Shown: positions 37,996 through 48,591, numbered from the stretch's first letter. The stretch is DNA of 64,000 nt from an uncultured Kordiimonas sp. (GCA_947503625.1 CANNEK010000001.1:550152-614151); one strand, 5' to 3'. Notes: generated by a model not told the origin, from the sequence alone. Numbers and translations: made by a program.

Positions 37996-39453
37996 CTATC
38001 GAAGGGTGCTACAGCGGAAAGACCGGTTTGGCACGATCGTACACTCCTGCACCCTGCCCCTGCGGCGAATCTGATAGACAAATTGCTCTGCATTTTCGTC
38101 GATCACGTCATTCAATTCCTGTACCTGATCGACGCGGACACCATTAATCGCCATTACAACATCACCAGGGACGAGGAACTGATAGCGTGCGGCAGGAGAC
38201 CTGCGTTCCACTTCAAGGACAATTACACCTTTCAGAAAGCTGTTGATCTGCAGCTCTTCATTAAAGCGCGGAGACATATTGCCGACAGTAACGCCCTGGA
38301 ACGGATGACGACCATCCAGCTTCGAAAGGTTGCGCGGAGGATCTTCAGGTGGCAGTTCAAGGGCAACAATGCGCTCCTGAATGAAACCATCGCTCAGGAC
38401 TGCCAGCGGGATTTCATCCCCTTCCTGCATTGTTGCAATGCGGAAGTTCAGGCCGGGTTCGTCGATAATTTCCTTGCCGCCAACCGCCATGATCACATCG
38501 CCTGTACCAATACCGGCTTCTGCAGCGGGTCCGTCAGCATAAACTTCATCCACCAGCACACCGCCAGCACGATCCAGCCCCAGACCGGCTGCAAGGTCAT
38601 TTGTTACCGATTGGCCGCGGACGCCAAGCCATGGCCGAACCAGCTGCCCTTCGTTAAGGGCTGCGCGCAGGACAGACTTGACCATATTGGCCGGGACAGC
38701 AAAACCGATACCGTTTGACGCACCGGTTCGGCTGTAAATTGCTGTATTGATGCCTAAAAGCTCTCCGTCAATGCCGATCAGGGCCCCACCGGAGTTGCCC
38801 GGGTTTACGGCCGCATCCGTCTGGATAAAGAAACCGAAATCCGAAATACCCTGCTGTGTGCGTGCAGTTGCCGACACGATACCGCCTGTGACTGTTTGGC
38901 CAATGCCAAAGGGATTGCCGATGGCAAGCACGATATCACCAACCAGCACATTATCACTGTCTGCGAGGCGCAGAACCGGCAAAGGTTCTTCACCAGAGTC
39001 GATCTGCAGGATAGCAAGGTCTGTTCGAGGGTCTGCCAGTATGATTTCGGCATCGAATTCCCGCCTGTCCGCCAGAACAACCGTCACTTCGTCCGCACCT
39101 TCAATCACATGGTTATTGGTAACAATAATACCGTCAGGCCGGACAATTACACCCGAACCCAGTGAGCCGCGCACACGCTCCTTCGGCATGCCGAAACTGA
39201 ATTGGTCACCGAAGAAGCGTTTGAACAGGCTGTCATCGAACATCGCAGACCTGTTGCGAACAACTTTGCGAGTATAGATATTCACAACCGCTGGCGCACT
39301 GTCGGCCACCAGAGGAGCGTATGACAGTTTTACCTGTGTCGCTGATTCAGGAACCATTCTCTCGGTTTGAAGGCCTTGCGCCTGCAAGCCAGACAACCCC
39401 GAGAAAAAAACTGTGAAAAGGCCAATAACGGCAATGGTCAGACGAACTTTCAT
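37996..39453 (-). CDS. degP: Do/DegQ-family periplasmic serine endoprotease with two PDZ domains
   Basis: GSGVIV, TNNHV, DLAIL, TDAAVNPGNSGG. Confidence 0.93.
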   Translation of the reverse strand: MKVRLTIAVIGLFTVFFSGLSGLQAQGLQTERMVPESATQVKLSYAPLVADSAPAVVNIYTRKVVRNRSAMFDDSLFKRFFGDQFSFGMPKERVRGSLGSGVIVRPDGIIVTNNHVIEGADEVTVVLADRREFDAEIILADPRTDLAILQIDSGEEPLPVLRLADSDNVLVGDIVLAIGNPFGIGQTVTGGIVSATARTQQGISDFGFFIQTDAAVNPGNSGGALIGIDGELLGINTAIYSRTGASNGIGFAVPANMVKSVLRAALNEGQLVRPWLGVRGQSVTNDLAAGLGLDRAGGVLVDEVYADGPAAEAGIGTGDVIMAVGGKEIIDEPGLNFRIATMQEGDEIPLAVLSDGFIQERIVALELPPEDPPRNLSKLDGRHPFQGVTVGNMSPRFNEELQINSFLKGVIVLEVERRSPAARYQFLVPGDVVMAINGVRVDQVQELNDVIDENAEQFVYQIRRRGRVQECTIVPNRSFRCSTLR

Positions 39454-39489
39454 CCGGGCGATACTCCTTGTCGCTTAACCCGCCCAACT

Positions 39490-39518
39490 ATATGGAGTAG
39501 GCGCATGCCGCACGCAAG
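39490..39518 (-). promoter_or_regulatory. Possible RpoH (sigma32)-type promoter of degP
   Basis: CTTGCG-N16-TCCATAT, similar to the alphaproteobacterial CTTG...CC(T/C)ATAT pattern. Confidence 0.4.
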
Positions 39519-39664
39519 GGGCAGCGCGCTGTTTTGGGCTATTTATGCGGTAACCTGTGTTTAGTGTCAGGTAATTACGGCAACAATGTGCGGACAAGAG
39601 CGTATGGGCGCCACACTGCCGTGCTCTGAAAACAAGAAAAATGCCTTGTCGGAGTAATTGGGTT

Positions 39665-41629
39665 CTAGCGCCTGGCCAAAGCTGCGCTGTAGTCCTTGAT
39701 CATGCTTTCAAGACGGTCAGACATAGGCTTGTTTTCTTCAGGCACCAATTCAAGAGCCGCTCTGGCAGCCTCAATCGCGTCTGCGTATCGCTCCTCGCCG
39801 CCAAGAGCCAGCGCGTAATTCGCGGCGAAAATAGATGAATCCGGAACCAGTTCATAAGCGATACCGTAATATTCCACAGCAGCCGTGAAATCATCCTGCG
39901 TCAGGTAAATACTACCGAGCATACCAAAAAACTCACTGTCGCCTTCAGCTTCCGGCAGTACTTTCAACAGATCCGATTTTGCCAGCTCAAGTTCGCCTTG
40001 CTGGATATATGCGGCAGCGCGGTTTTTAAGAGCCGACGGGTAATCCGTATTCAATTCAAGCGCACGTGTAAGCGCCCGCACAGCACGCCCGTAATTGCCC
40101 AAACGGTATTCTATCGCTCCTTCAAGGTTATGGGCAACAGGTTCATCCGGATGACTGGTTTTCAACAGGCTCAATGTTTCCAAAGCCCCTTTAAGGTCTG
40201 CCATGTCCATCTGCATGTTGGCGAGCGTTGAGAGATACTGCTTCTGGCCCGGATCCAGCTCAACCGCTTTTGTCAGCAGTTTGACTGCATTTTCACGGTT
40301 ACCCAAGGCAAATTCAGAGCTGGCATTCCCTGCATATAGAGATGCCAAAACACCCTTGTCTTCAACTGAGTAATCATTGGCCTTTTCTATCGCCAACTCG
40401 TAGCTCTCTTTGGCCTGCGCGAAATTGCCCTGAGCAAATTCAAGTGCGCCGGTCTGGGCATCAGCGGCAATCGAGGCCTGATTGCCTTGCAAAGGCGCCT
40501 GGCCCTGAAGCGCAACAAGCGCCTTTTCCGGATCATTCGTCTGTCTGTAAGCTTCAGACAAAACCATTCTGGTTTCAACGTCCCAGGGTACCGACGTCAG
40601 ATATTGTTCAAGATATTCCTGTGCCAACGCGTGGGAACCAAGCTCGAAAGCAACGTGCCCATATAACCGCTTGGCAGGCAGATAGGTCTTAAGCGTAGAA
40701 CCCAGCCGGACAAGAATGTCATTGGCCTGCGCAAACTGCCCTTCTTCATTCAGAAGATAGGCCACATAAAACCTTGCGATTTCATTGTTCGGATCAGACT
40801 GCAACACAACGTCGAGCATCTCTTGTGCTCTCTCCGGCTCACCCGTGTCAACATAGGCACCAATCATCTCCAACCTTGCCAACACATGATTTGGTTCAGC
40901 GGTCAGTGCATTTTCAAGATGTGCAATTGCGGAACCGGCATTACCCTGCAGGCGGGCAATTGAGCCCAGCACAAAATACGGCAGCGGGTCTTCCCCACCA
41001 GCACTTTTTTCCAGAGCTTGCAGTGCCTGACGTTGCGCCTCTTCAACATTACCCAGGACCAGTTCAAAAAATGAAAGAGCTGCATCTACTCTCGAATCGC
41101 CATTCGACACCTCATTGGCAAGGTCATAATACTGCCTGGCGCGCGCGACGTCGTCCTGCGCAACGGCGATTTGAGCAAGCAACATAAGTGATTCGAAGCC
41201 TTCTTCGCCTTCAAGTGGCACCAGCCTCAGTGTGGAAAGAGCCGACTCAAATCTTCGGCTTAGCATGTGGATTTTTGCTGTTTGAAGCGCAAGGAACCGG
41301 GGTGTAGCTCCCATAGACCGGGCTTCGTCAAGCGCGGCCTCGGCACTGACAGGATTGCCGCGCGACAAATGAACATCAGCCAGCAACCGGTATTCGCCTA
41401 TTGAAGCCAGTCCCAGCTTGCCTCGTCCTTCAATTGCTGTCGTCGCCTCTTCCCACTGCCCTTCATCGAAAAGCACTTCCAGTGCAGCAAGGCTGTAGGC
41501 GCGCAGCTTTTCGGCTGTCGCTTCTGCATCGGTGTTTTGATTTGACGTGTCGCATGCAGATATGAATAGAAAGCACAATATGACTGCTGAACGGAAACGG
41601 GTAAGTCGACTCATAACATGCCTTTTCAT
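39665..41629 (-). CDS. TPR-repeat lipoprotein, PrsT-like
   Basis: Lipobox ISAC after a basic/hydrophobic leader; many TPR units; divergent from a PEP-CTERM gene. Confidence 0.8.
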   Translation of the reverse strand: MKRHVMSRLTRFRSAVILCFLFISACDTSNQNTDAEATAEKLRAYSLAALEVLFDEGQWEEATTAIEGRGKLGLASIGEYRLLADVHLSRGNPVSAEAALDEARSMGATPRFLALQTAKIHMLSRRFESALSTLRLVPLEGEEGFESLMLLAQIAVAQDDVARARQYYDLANEVSNGDSRVDAALSFFELVLGNVEEAQRQALQALEKSAGGEDPLPYFVLGSIARLQGNAGSAIAHLENALTAEPNHVLARLEMIGAYVDTGEPERAQEMLDVVLQSDPNNEIARFYVAYLLNEEGQFAQANDILVRLGSTLKTYLPAKRLYGHVAFELGSHALAQEYLEQYLTSVPWDVETRMVLSEAYRQTNDPEKALVALQGQAPLQGNQASIAADAQTGALEFAQGNFAQAKESYELAIEKANDYSVEDKGVLASLYAGNASSEFALGNRENAVKLLTKAVELDPGQKQYLSTLANMQMDMADLKGALETLSLLKTSHPDEPVAHNLEGAIEYRLGNYGRAVRALTRALELNTDYPSALKNRAAAYIQQGELELAKSDLLKVLPEAEGDSEFFGMLGSIYLTQDDFTAAVEYYGIAYELVPDSSIFAANYALALGGEERYADAIEAARAALELVPEENKPMSDRLESMIKDYSAALARR

Positions 41630-41804
41630 CAGATTTTGCGCACTGACAATGCTGCCATAACAGCATAATCAACCCGTGCGGAATGCAGCAGATTTGATAA
41701 AGTGAAAGTCGGTTAACAGATTTTAACCAAAATTACAATTAGGCTATTGTATGAACGACAACACTCTAGTAAACAGGTAATGGGGTCGAGCAAGGAGTTT
41801 TAAG

Positions 41805-42365
41805 ATGGTTTCTCTTAGAAGCTTGTTCGCTAGCGCTGTAGTTTCTTTTGGATTTATGACAGCATCAGTTGGTCAGGCGCATGCCGCAACCGTGTTTGGT
41901 TCGCTTAGCGCGGATGCAGGTTCATATGAACCTTTCGCCATCGGTGAGGATGTCACTCTTTCCGCCTGCCAATCGGTCTTTGATGGCGCTTTCCCGATAA
42001 GCACATACAACCTCTGTGATGCGCCAACGGTAAGTGAAATCACATTCACCTGGTTCATCGCTCAAGTTAGCAGCGGTGCGGTGACTGTTTTGTCAGGACC
42101 GACTTTAGTGCTGGCCTCAGGTGGCGTAAGTGATTTCATCAATTCTGCTGGCACCTATATTGCGACGCTGAGCATTTCTGCCGCTCCGACAATCTCTCTT
42201 ACAGGCGGTGATGTCGGATTTATTACTGGCCCAACAAATGACAACGATACAATTTCCTTCACAGTGCCCGAGCCTTCAAGTGCTCTGCTGTTGCTGCCGG
42301 CACTTGTGTATGTTGGCCGCCGCCATCGCCGCAAACAAAAGCGGACTGGCCTTAGCCAAGCCTAG
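41805..42365 (+). CDS. PEP-CTERM (exosortase substrate) protein with one PKD/Ig-like domain
   Basis: Signal peptide ending AHA; C-terminus VPEPSS-ALLLLPALVYVG-RRHRRKQKR; ADAGS..G.DVTLS...TFTW...GTYIATLSI. Confidence 0.9.
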   Translation: MVSLRSLFASAVVSFGFMTASVGQAHAATVFGSLSADAGSYEPFAIGEDVTLSACQSVFDGAFPISTYNLCDAPTVSEITFTWFIAQVSSGAVTVLSGPTLVLASGGVSDFINSAGTYIATLSISAAPTISLTGGDVGFITGPTNDNDTISFTVPEPSSALLLLPALVYVGRRHRRKQKRTGLSQA

Positions 42366-42402
42366 TTAACAGGCCCGACAAAGCATCTTTGGAATTAACC
42401 AG

Positions 42403-42438
42403 GCGCGCACATGTTTCTACAGTGCGCGCTTGCTATTT
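42403..42438 (+). terminator. Probable terminator between the PEP-CTERM and SBP genes
   Basis: GCGCGCAC-N11-GTGCGCGC then TTGCTATTT. Confidence 0.55.
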
Positions 42439-42480
42439 GCTGCGGGCGTATCTATTCAACAGATTGAAACCACGTCTGTC

Positions 42481-43263
42481 TCAATAATCTTCGGTGACAA
42501 GTCGGTGAAGGTTTGCTGCCCTTAGCTTCTCCACGAGCCTTGCATCTGTTCCGGGATTGCACGCTAGTCCGAAATAGGCTGGCTTCCAGAAAAGGGCAAC
42601 CTTGAGCCCAGGAAAGCCTGCCTGTTCATTGGCAAGACGGCCATCTTTGAAGCCGCTTACCAGCAAGTCTGCCCTGCCTCTATGCAGAAGCTGCGCTGCG
42701 GCCATGTCGGTTGCAGCAGGCATTACAGACGTACCGGTTGCAGCCTTGATTTCACCAATGGCCTGGACGCCCATTTTCGCGACAAGCCTGTATCCAGCAA
42801 CATCTTCTATCTTGCCCAAACGAATCTCGCTGTCTGCGCGTTTGAAGATTGCCCAACCCCCGCGTTGTGTCGGGCTAACCCATTGAAAAAGATGCTCGCG
42901 TTTCTCTGTGTGATTGATTGGGAACAGGCACGTATCCGGTTCGGCCAATGTGCGGCGAAAGGCCCTGTTCCAGGGTAACATTGTCATGGAAAAGCTGATG
43001 CCCGACGATTTCATTAGAGATGTAATGATCTCGACTTCGATGCCTTCGATCGCATTGGTAACCGGGTTTCTTGTCGCATGCGGGAAGTTATTTTCCACCA
43101 GCAATGTAAGTTGTGGTGCCGTGTCTTCTATAGCGTGAGCAGCACTCTCCGCCAAGCACGCCAGTACCATCGCCACTTTAATCGCCAAGCATTCTGCTTT
43201 AGTCATGGTTTTCGCAATATGTTCACTATGTGAATTTTGAGTTTGCTGCAAAACCATTAACAT
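42481..43263 (-). CDS. Stand-alone substrate-binding protein (polar amino-acid family 3-like)
   Basis: GIEVEII, LPWNRA, REHLFQWVSP, LLHRGRADLLV, GLACN; no permease nearby. Confidence 0.75.
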   Translation of the reverse strand: MLMVLQQTQNSHSEHIAKTMTKAECLAIKVAMVLACLAESAAHAIEDTAPQLTLLVENNFPHATRNPVTNAIEGIEVEIITSLMKSSGISFSMTMLPWNRAFRRTLAEPDTCLFPINHTEKREHLFQWVSPTQRGGWAIFKRADSEIRLGKIEDVAGYRLVAKMGVQAIGEIKAATGTSVMPAATDMAAAQLLHRGRADLLVSGFKDGRLANEQAGFPGLKVALFWKPAYFGLACNPGTDARLVEKLRAANLHRLVTEDY

Positions 43264-43288
43264 TCCCTTGAACAGGAAATGGTTTCAC

Positions 43289-43325
43289 AAAAAAAGGCGC
43301 CCTGTCCAGAGCGCCTTTTTTATTT
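43289..43325. terminator. Terminator of the alpha operon after rplQ
   Basis: AAAAAAAGGCGC-N10-GCGCCTTTTTT. Confidence 0.85.
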
Positions 43326-43344
43326 GTCCATGAGGGCGATGTGC

Positions 43345-43770
43345 TTACTCGGCATCGCCTTCAGTTTCCTCGACGTCCGCTGTTGGGCCACTATCCTGGC
43401 CTTTGGCGTCTTCGTCACGGTCAACCAGCTCGATAACCGCCATAGGCGCATTGTCGCCTGTGCGAAAACCAGCTTTGAGAACACGAGTATAACCACCAGA
43501 GCGCTCTTTGTAGCGTTCTGCGAGGTCATCAAACACTTTGCGTACCAGGTCTTCGTTTTGAAGACGTGAAATCGCCAGGCGACGGTTAGCCAAGCCACCT
43601 TTTTTACCGAGCGTAATCAGCTTCTCAACGATTGGCGCAAGGTCTTTGGCTTTTGGCAGCGTCGTAACAATTTGTTCGTGCTTCAACAGCGCCTGGCTAA
43701 GGTTCATGAACATAGCCTTACGATGGCTAGCGGTCCGGTTCAGTTTGCGGCCAGCTTTTCTGTGACGCAT
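43345..43770 (-). CDS. rplQ: 50S ribosomal protein L17
   Basis: [20 protein letters not shown]...ITTLPKAK (VTTLPKAK), GGYTRVLK. Confidence 0.98.
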   Translation of the reverse strand: MRHRKAGRKLNRTASHRKAMFMNLSQALLKHEQIVTTLPKAKDLAPIVEKLITLGKKGGLANRRLAISRLQNEDLVRKVFDDLAERYKERSGGYTRVLKAGFRTGDNAPMAVIELVDRDEDAKGQDSGPTADVEETEGDAE

Positions 43771-43858
43771 GGTTTTTACTCCTTGTTGCCTGATCGGCCT
43801 TGGGCGACGTCTGGCATCGCCTAGTACCGGCAGGTGGCCCCATTACACGGGGAGGTTT

Positions 43859-44875
43859 CTAGTAGTCATTCTCAAGTTTCTTGGCCATCTCTTCGATGTT
43901 CTCAGGCGGCCAAGCCGGCAGTTCCATACCAAGGCGCAAGCCCATGGTAGACAGAACTTCCTTGATTTCGTTCAGTGACTTGCGGCCAAAGTTTGGCGTG
44001 CGGAGCATTTCTGCTTCGGTTTTTTGCACTAGGTCGCCGATGTAAACGATATTGTCGTTCTTCAGGCAATTGGCCGAGCGAACAGACAGTTCAAGCTCGT
44101 CAACCTTCCTGAGAAGCTGGCGGTTGAACGCCGGCTCTTCATCGTCTTCAACTTTCTGAGTTTCCTCAGGTTCATCAAAGCTCACGAAGATAGACAGTTG
44201 ATCCTGCAGAATACGCGCCGCAAAAGCGATGGCATCTTCAGGGGTAACTGTACCATCTGTCTCAATTTCCATGGACAGCTTGTCATAATCGAGAACCTGG
44301 CCCTCACGGGTGTTCTCGACTTTGTAGGAAACCTTCTTAACCGGGCTGTAGAGAGCATCAACCGGAATAAGACCGATCGGAGCGTCTTCAGGGCGGTTAT
44401 GTTCAGCCGGAACATACCCTTTACCGGAAGCAACCATCAGTTCCATATTCAGCGTTGCGCCTTCATCCAGATGGCAAAGAACGAGGTCTTTATCCAGGAT
44501 GTCAACATCCGCGACTTCACTGATCTGCGATGCTTTCACTTCGCCAGGTCCCGTTGCCGTAAGGTGCAAACGCTTGGTACCGTCGGATGTTACCCGCACA
44601 GGCAGTTGCTTGATGTTCAGCACCATATCTGTCACGTCTTCCCGCACACCCGGTACGGAAGAGAATTCGTGCAAAACACCTTCAACTTGAATGCTGGTAA
44701 CAGCGCCGCCCTGAAGCGATGACAGAAGCACACGGCGAAGGCCGTTGCCCAGCGTCATGCCGTAGCCACGCTCAAGTGGTTCAACTACAAGTTTGGCTTT
44801 ACGAAGCGGGTCGGCTCCCGGTTCAATCGTCAAGCCGTTTGGTTTAATAAGTTCTTGCCAGTTTTTCTGGATCAC
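43859..44875 (-). CDS. rpoA: RNA polymerase alpha subunit
   Basis: [49 protein letters not shown]; GTG start at 44875. Confidence 0.98.
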   Translation of the reverse strand: MIQKNWQELIKPNGLTIEPGADPLRKAKLVVEPLERGYGMTLGNGLRRVLLSSLQGGAVTSIQVEGVLHEFSSVPGVREDVTDMVLNIKQLPVRVTSDGTKRLHLTATGPGEVKASQISEVADVDILDKDLVLCHLDEGATLNMELMVASGKGYVPAEHNRPEDAPIGLIPVDALYSPVKKVSYKVENTREGQVLDYDKLSMEIETDGTVTPEDAIAFAARILQDQLSIFVSFDEPEETQKVEDDEEPAFNRQLLRKVDELELSVRSANCLKNDNIVYIGDLVQKTEAEMLRTPNFGRKSLNEIKEVLSTMGLRLGMELPAWPPENIEEMAKKLENDY

Positions 44876-44967
44876 AGTGTAACCCTCTTGTTGCATGACA
44901 TCTCTGAAAAAGTGAGTGCCAAGGGATTCGCGCCAATACTCTAATACTTAGCCAATTACATCGTGCG

Positions 44968-45360
44968 TTAAACGCGGCGGCGTTTAGGTGGACGGCAACC
45001 ATTGTGTGGAATGGGAGTTACGTCACGAATAGATGTGATCGTAAAGCCAATGGCCTGCAGCGCGCGCAGTGCGCTCTCGCGACCTGCACCCGGACCTTTT
45101 ACTTCCACTTCAAGGGATTTTACGCCGTGATCCTGCGCTTTTTTACCTGCGTCTTCCGCAGCAACCTGTGCAGCGTAAGGCGTAGATTTACGAGAACCTT
45201 TAAAACCCATCATGCCGGCAGATGACCAGGAAATCGCGTTTCCTTGCACATCTGTAATGGTGATCATTGTATTGTTGAATGACGCATTTACGTGAGCAAC
45301 ACCATTTGTGATGTTTTTACGCTCGCGTTTTTTCACGCGTCCTGTGTCTTTTGTAGCCAT
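44968..45360 (-). CDS. rpsK: 30S ribosomal protein S11
   Basis: [37 protein letters not shown]. Confidence 0.98.
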   Translation of the reverse strand: MATKDTGRVKKRERKNITNGVAHVNASFNNTMITITDVQGNAISWSSAGMMGFKGSRKSTPYAAQVAAEDAGKKAQDHGVKSLEVEVKGPGAGRESALRALQAIGFTITSIRDVTPIPHNGCRPPKRRRV

Positions 45361-45411
45361 CTCTATCAGACCCTATAATTTACGGGGGGAGCCCTAAACA
45401 GCGTTACCCAA

Positions 45412-45780
45412 TTATTTTTTCTTGCCGGCAATCGCGACAGCTTTACCCTTGCGGGTACGAGCATTTGTGCTCGTGCGCTGACCACGGGTCGGCAGTTTCG
45501 CACGGTGACGAAGACCACGATATGTCTTGAGGTCCATCAACCGCTTAATATTCATTGCAACTTCACGACGAAGATCACCTTCAACGATATAGTCACTGTC
45601 AATCATTTCACGAATCTGAATTACTTCAGCATCCGTCAATTCCGCCACACGACGCTCACGTGGAAAATTAAGTTTCTCACAAATGTCCACAGCAGCCGTA
45701 CGGCCGATACCATGGATATAAGTCAGAGCGATTTCCACTCGCTTGTTGGTCGGAATGTTAACGCCTGCAATACGCGCCAC
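45412..45780 (-). CDS. rpsM: 30S ribosomal protein S13
   Basis: [32 protein letters not shown]; GTG start after AGGAG. Confidence 0.98.
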   Translation of the reverse strand: MARIAGVNIPTNKRVEIALTYIHGIGRTAAVDICEKLNFPRERRVAELTDAEVIQIREMIDSDYIVEGDLRREVAMNIKRLMDLKTYRGLRHRAKLPTRGQRTSTNARTRKGKAVAIAGKKK

Positions 45781-45850
45781 GACCATTCTCCTGATCAAAA
45801 AATATTCACGTTCAAGTACACTAAAGCCGCAAGACGTGTTGAAGCCGGGG

Positions 45851-45878
45851 ATTATATGAACAAACCCCGGTACGTCAA
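45851..45878 (-). promoter_or_regulatory. Sigma70 promoter of the alpha operon
   Basis: TTGACG-N16-TATAAT. Confidence 0.75.
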
Positions 45879-45896
45879 CTGTCCTGTGACAGTTTT

Positions 45897-46544
45897 TTAC
45901 CCGGCCAAAACCGCGTCTATTTGTGCAGTCACGTCATTGATGGCTGCCATGCCATCCACCTGCTGCAAAATTCCTTTGTCCGCATAGTACGGCAGCACCG
46001 GCGCCGTCTGTGCATAATATTCCTTAAGCCGCTTTGCGACAGTCTCTGCGTTGTCATCCGCGCGGCGCTTGAACTCGGTACCACCACAGTTGTCACAAAC
46101 ACCATCCACCTTCGGTTTCAGGTTTTGATCATGGTAACCTTCATTACAAGTTGCGCAGGTATAACGACCTGAGACGCGATCCACAAGGGCTTCGTCATCA
46201 ACCTTCATTTGAATAACGGCATTCAGCTTTACGCCCTCTTCCTCAAGCATCACGTCCAACGCCTTTGCTTGCGCGACATTGCGAGGAAAACCATCAAGGA
46301 TAAAACCGTTCTTGCAATCATCTTCTTTAATACGGTCAGCGATAATGCCAATAACAATATCGTCTGAAACCAGCTGGCCGGCTGCCATCTTTTCCTTAGC
46401 CTTCTGGCCATAATGCGTTTCCGCAGCGACGGCAGCGCGGAGCATGTCGCCCGTTGAAAGCTGCACAAGGCCATGTTTCTTCTCGATACGCTGCGCCTGG
46501 GTGCCTTTACCTGCACCGGGAGGGCCAAACAAAATGATAATCAT
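45897..46544 (-). CDS. adk: Adenylate kinase with Zn-binding LID
   Basis: [27 protein letters not shown]...CDNC. Confidence 0.98.
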   Translation of the reverse strand: MIIILFGPPGAGKGTQAQRIEKKHGLVQLSTGDMLRAAVAAETHYGQKAKEKMAAGQLVSDDIVIGIIADRIKEDDCKNGFILDGFPRNVAQAKALDVMLEEEGVKLNAVIQMKVDDEALVDRVSGRYTCATCNEGYHDQNLKPKVDGVCDNCGGTEFKRRADDNAETVAKRLKEYYAQTAPVLPYYADKGILQQVDGMAAINDVTAQIDAVLAG

Positions 46545-47875
46545 CTGCCACGCCCCCCTTTGAGCCGAGCCTTCTTGAGAAGACCCTCGTATTGCTGTGC
46601 CATCAGGTGCGAATGAATCTGGCTAACCGTATCCATGGTTACATTCACGACAATCAGCAAGCTCGTGCCGCCAAGGTAAAAAGGGATTGAGGCGGAACTG
46701 ATCAAAAACTCGGGGATCGCACACACAACTGACAGGTACGCTGAACCGATGACGGTCAGGCGCGTAAGAACATAGTCCAGATATTCGGCTGTTCTTTTGC
46801 CCGGACGGATACCCGGTACGAAACCACCGTTTTTCTTCAGGTTGTCGGCTGTATCTTCCGGATTGAACTGAATAGCCGTGTAGAAAAAGCAGAAGAAAAC
46901 GATCAGCGCGATATAAAGCGCGATATAAATTGGCTGTCCGGGTGCCAGAATAGCGGTCACCGAGCCAAGGAACTCGTTTCCACCAGCAGCAGACATGCCA
47001 GCCACTGTCAGCGGCATCAGAAGAAGCGAACTCGCAAAGATGGGCGGAATAACACCTGCAACGTTCAATTTCATCGGCAGATGCGACTGGTCCGCCTGCA
47101 TACCGCCACCACGTTGCTGGCGCTTGGGATACTGGATCACAATGCGGCGCTGGGCGCGCTCGCAGAATACGATGAACCAAACGAGAGCCGCAGCCCCAAT
47201 CAGCATGGCCAGCAGCAATGGCACTGACAAAGTGCCCTGACGGCTGAGGTTGAATGCCTGCGCAAGCGTTCCGGGTAGTTCAGCAACGATACCGGCGAAA
47301 ATAATAAGGGAAATACCGTTACCAATGCCACGCTGGGTGATCTGCTCACCAAGCCACATCAGGAACATGGTACCACCAAGGAGTGTCACAACAGCTGTAA
47401 AGCGGAAGAACAGCCCCGGGTCCACAACAACACCAGGCTGGCTTTCAAGACCGGCAGCAATCGCCCAGCCCTGAACAACCGTCAGCAACACAGTGCCGTA
47501 TCGAGTGTACTGGTTGATTTTCTTACGACCCTGCTCACCCTCTTTTTTCCACTGTGCCAGTGTGGAATTCATGGTGGTCAGGAGCTGCATGATAATCGAA
47601 GCCGAGATATAGGGCATAATGCCCAGCATGATGATCGACGTCCGCTGCAATGCCCCACCTGAAAAGGTGTTGACGATATCAACAAAACCGCCACCCAAAT
47701 TCGCAAACATGCGCTCGACTGCAGCAGCGTCAATCCCTGGAATTGGGATATAACTGCACAGTCTGAACACAATCAGCGCACCAAGAGCGAACAGAATCCT
47801 TTTTTTCAGCTCGTCTGCCTTCGAAAAGGCAGACCAACTGATATTGGACGCAAGTTGTTCTGCAGCAGATGCCAT
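46541..47875 (-). CDS. secY: Preprotein translocase SecY
   Basis: LGIMPYISASII, WLGEQITQRGIGNGISL, GVIPPIFA, FVPGIRPG. Confidence 0.98.
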   Translation of the reverse strand: MASAAEQLASNISWSAFSKADELKKRILFALGALIVFRLCSYIPIPGIDAAAVERMFANLGGGFVDIVNTFSGGALQRTSIIMLGIMPYISASIIMQLLTTMNSTLAQWKKEGEQGRKKINQYTRYGTVLLTVVQGWAIAAGLESQPGVVVDPGLFFRFTAVVTLLGGTMFLMWLGEQITQRGIGNGISLIIFAGIVAELPGTLAQAFNLSRQGTLSVPLLLAMLIGAAALVWFIVFCERAQRRIVIQYPKRQQRGGGMQADQSHLPMKLNVAGVIPPIFASSLLLMPLTVAGMSAAGGNEFLGSVTAILAPGQPIYIALYIALIVFFCFFYTAIQFNPEDTADNLKKNGGFVPGIRPGKRTAEYLDYVLTRLTVIGSAYLSVVCAIPEFLISSASIPFYLGGTSLLIVVNVTMDTVSQIHSHLMAQQYEGLLKKARLKGGRGR

Positions 47876-47916
47876 AAACGCCTTCTCCAGCCCTAAAAGT
47901 TATCTCGGCTTAGTTT

Positions 47917-48375
47917 TTATTCAGCAACGGTGACTTTGCCGCCAGCTTTCTCAACAGCTTCCACAGCGCCTTTAGACGCACCGGTTACCGTGATATCAAC
48001 TTTGGCTTTCAATTCACCCTTCGCCAACAGGCGAACACCGTCCGCAACCTTACCAACAACGCCCGCTTGTACGAGACCATCGATAGTAATTGGGGACTTG
48101 GCATCCAGTTTACCAGCATCAATTGCCGCCTGAAGACGTCCAATGTTCAGAACCTGGAAATCTTTCTTGTTGCGGCTATTGAAACCACGCTTTGGCAGGC
48201 GTTGATAAAGTGGCATTTGGCCACCCTCAAAGCCGTTAATAGCAACACCGGAGCGTGCTTTCTGACCTTTGTGACCAGAACCGGCAGTTTTACCTTTGCC
48301 GGAACCGATACCGCGACCCACGCGCATCGCTGATTTGCGAGCGCCTGCATTGTCACTGAGTTGGTTGAGTTTCAT
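47917..48375 (-). CDS. rplO: 50S ribosomal protein L15
   Basis: [36 protein letters not shown]. Confidence 0.98.
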   Translation of the reverse strand: MKLNQLSDNAGARKSAMRVGRGIGSGKGKTAGSGHKGQKARSGVAINGFEGGQMPLYQRLPKRGFNSRNKKDFQVLNIGRLQAAIDAGKLDAKSPITIDGLVQAGVVGKVADGVRLLAKGELKAKVDITVTGASKGAVEAVEKAGGKVTVAE

Positions 48376-48396
48376 GTTTACTCTCCAAACGCCGGC

Positions 48397-48585
48397 TTAA
48401 TCTTCAACGCGCACCAGGTGGTGCACCTTGTTGATCATGCCGCGAACAGCTGGCGTATCTTCCAGCTCGCGCGTCTTGTTCATTTTGTTAAGGCCCAGGC
48501 CAACAAGCGTTTGGCGCTGGTCTTCGCGGCGACGGATCGGGCTACCGATCTGGGTCACTTTTACTGTTTTTTTCTTAGCAGCCAT
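48397..48585 (-). CDS. rpmD: 50S ribosomal protein L30
   Basis: VTQIGSPI...TLVGLGL...[12 protein letters not shown]. Confidence 0.97.
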   Translation of the reverse strand: MAAKKKTVKVTQIGSPIRRREDQRQTLVGLGLNKMNKTRELEDTPAVRGMINKVHHLVRVED

Positions 48586-48591
48586 CGGTGA

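Noticed and set aside
37849-38718. 289-aa plus-strand ORF
   Set aside because: Antisense to degP and rarA; no recognisable domain
41630-41804. Sigma54 promoter expected for PEP-CTERM genes
   Set aside because: TGGCAG on the minus strand lacks the GC at the required GG-N10-GC spacing; no match on either strand
45781-46544. Absence of rpmJ/infA between adk and rpsM
   Set aside because: Normal arrangement for Alphaproteobacteria
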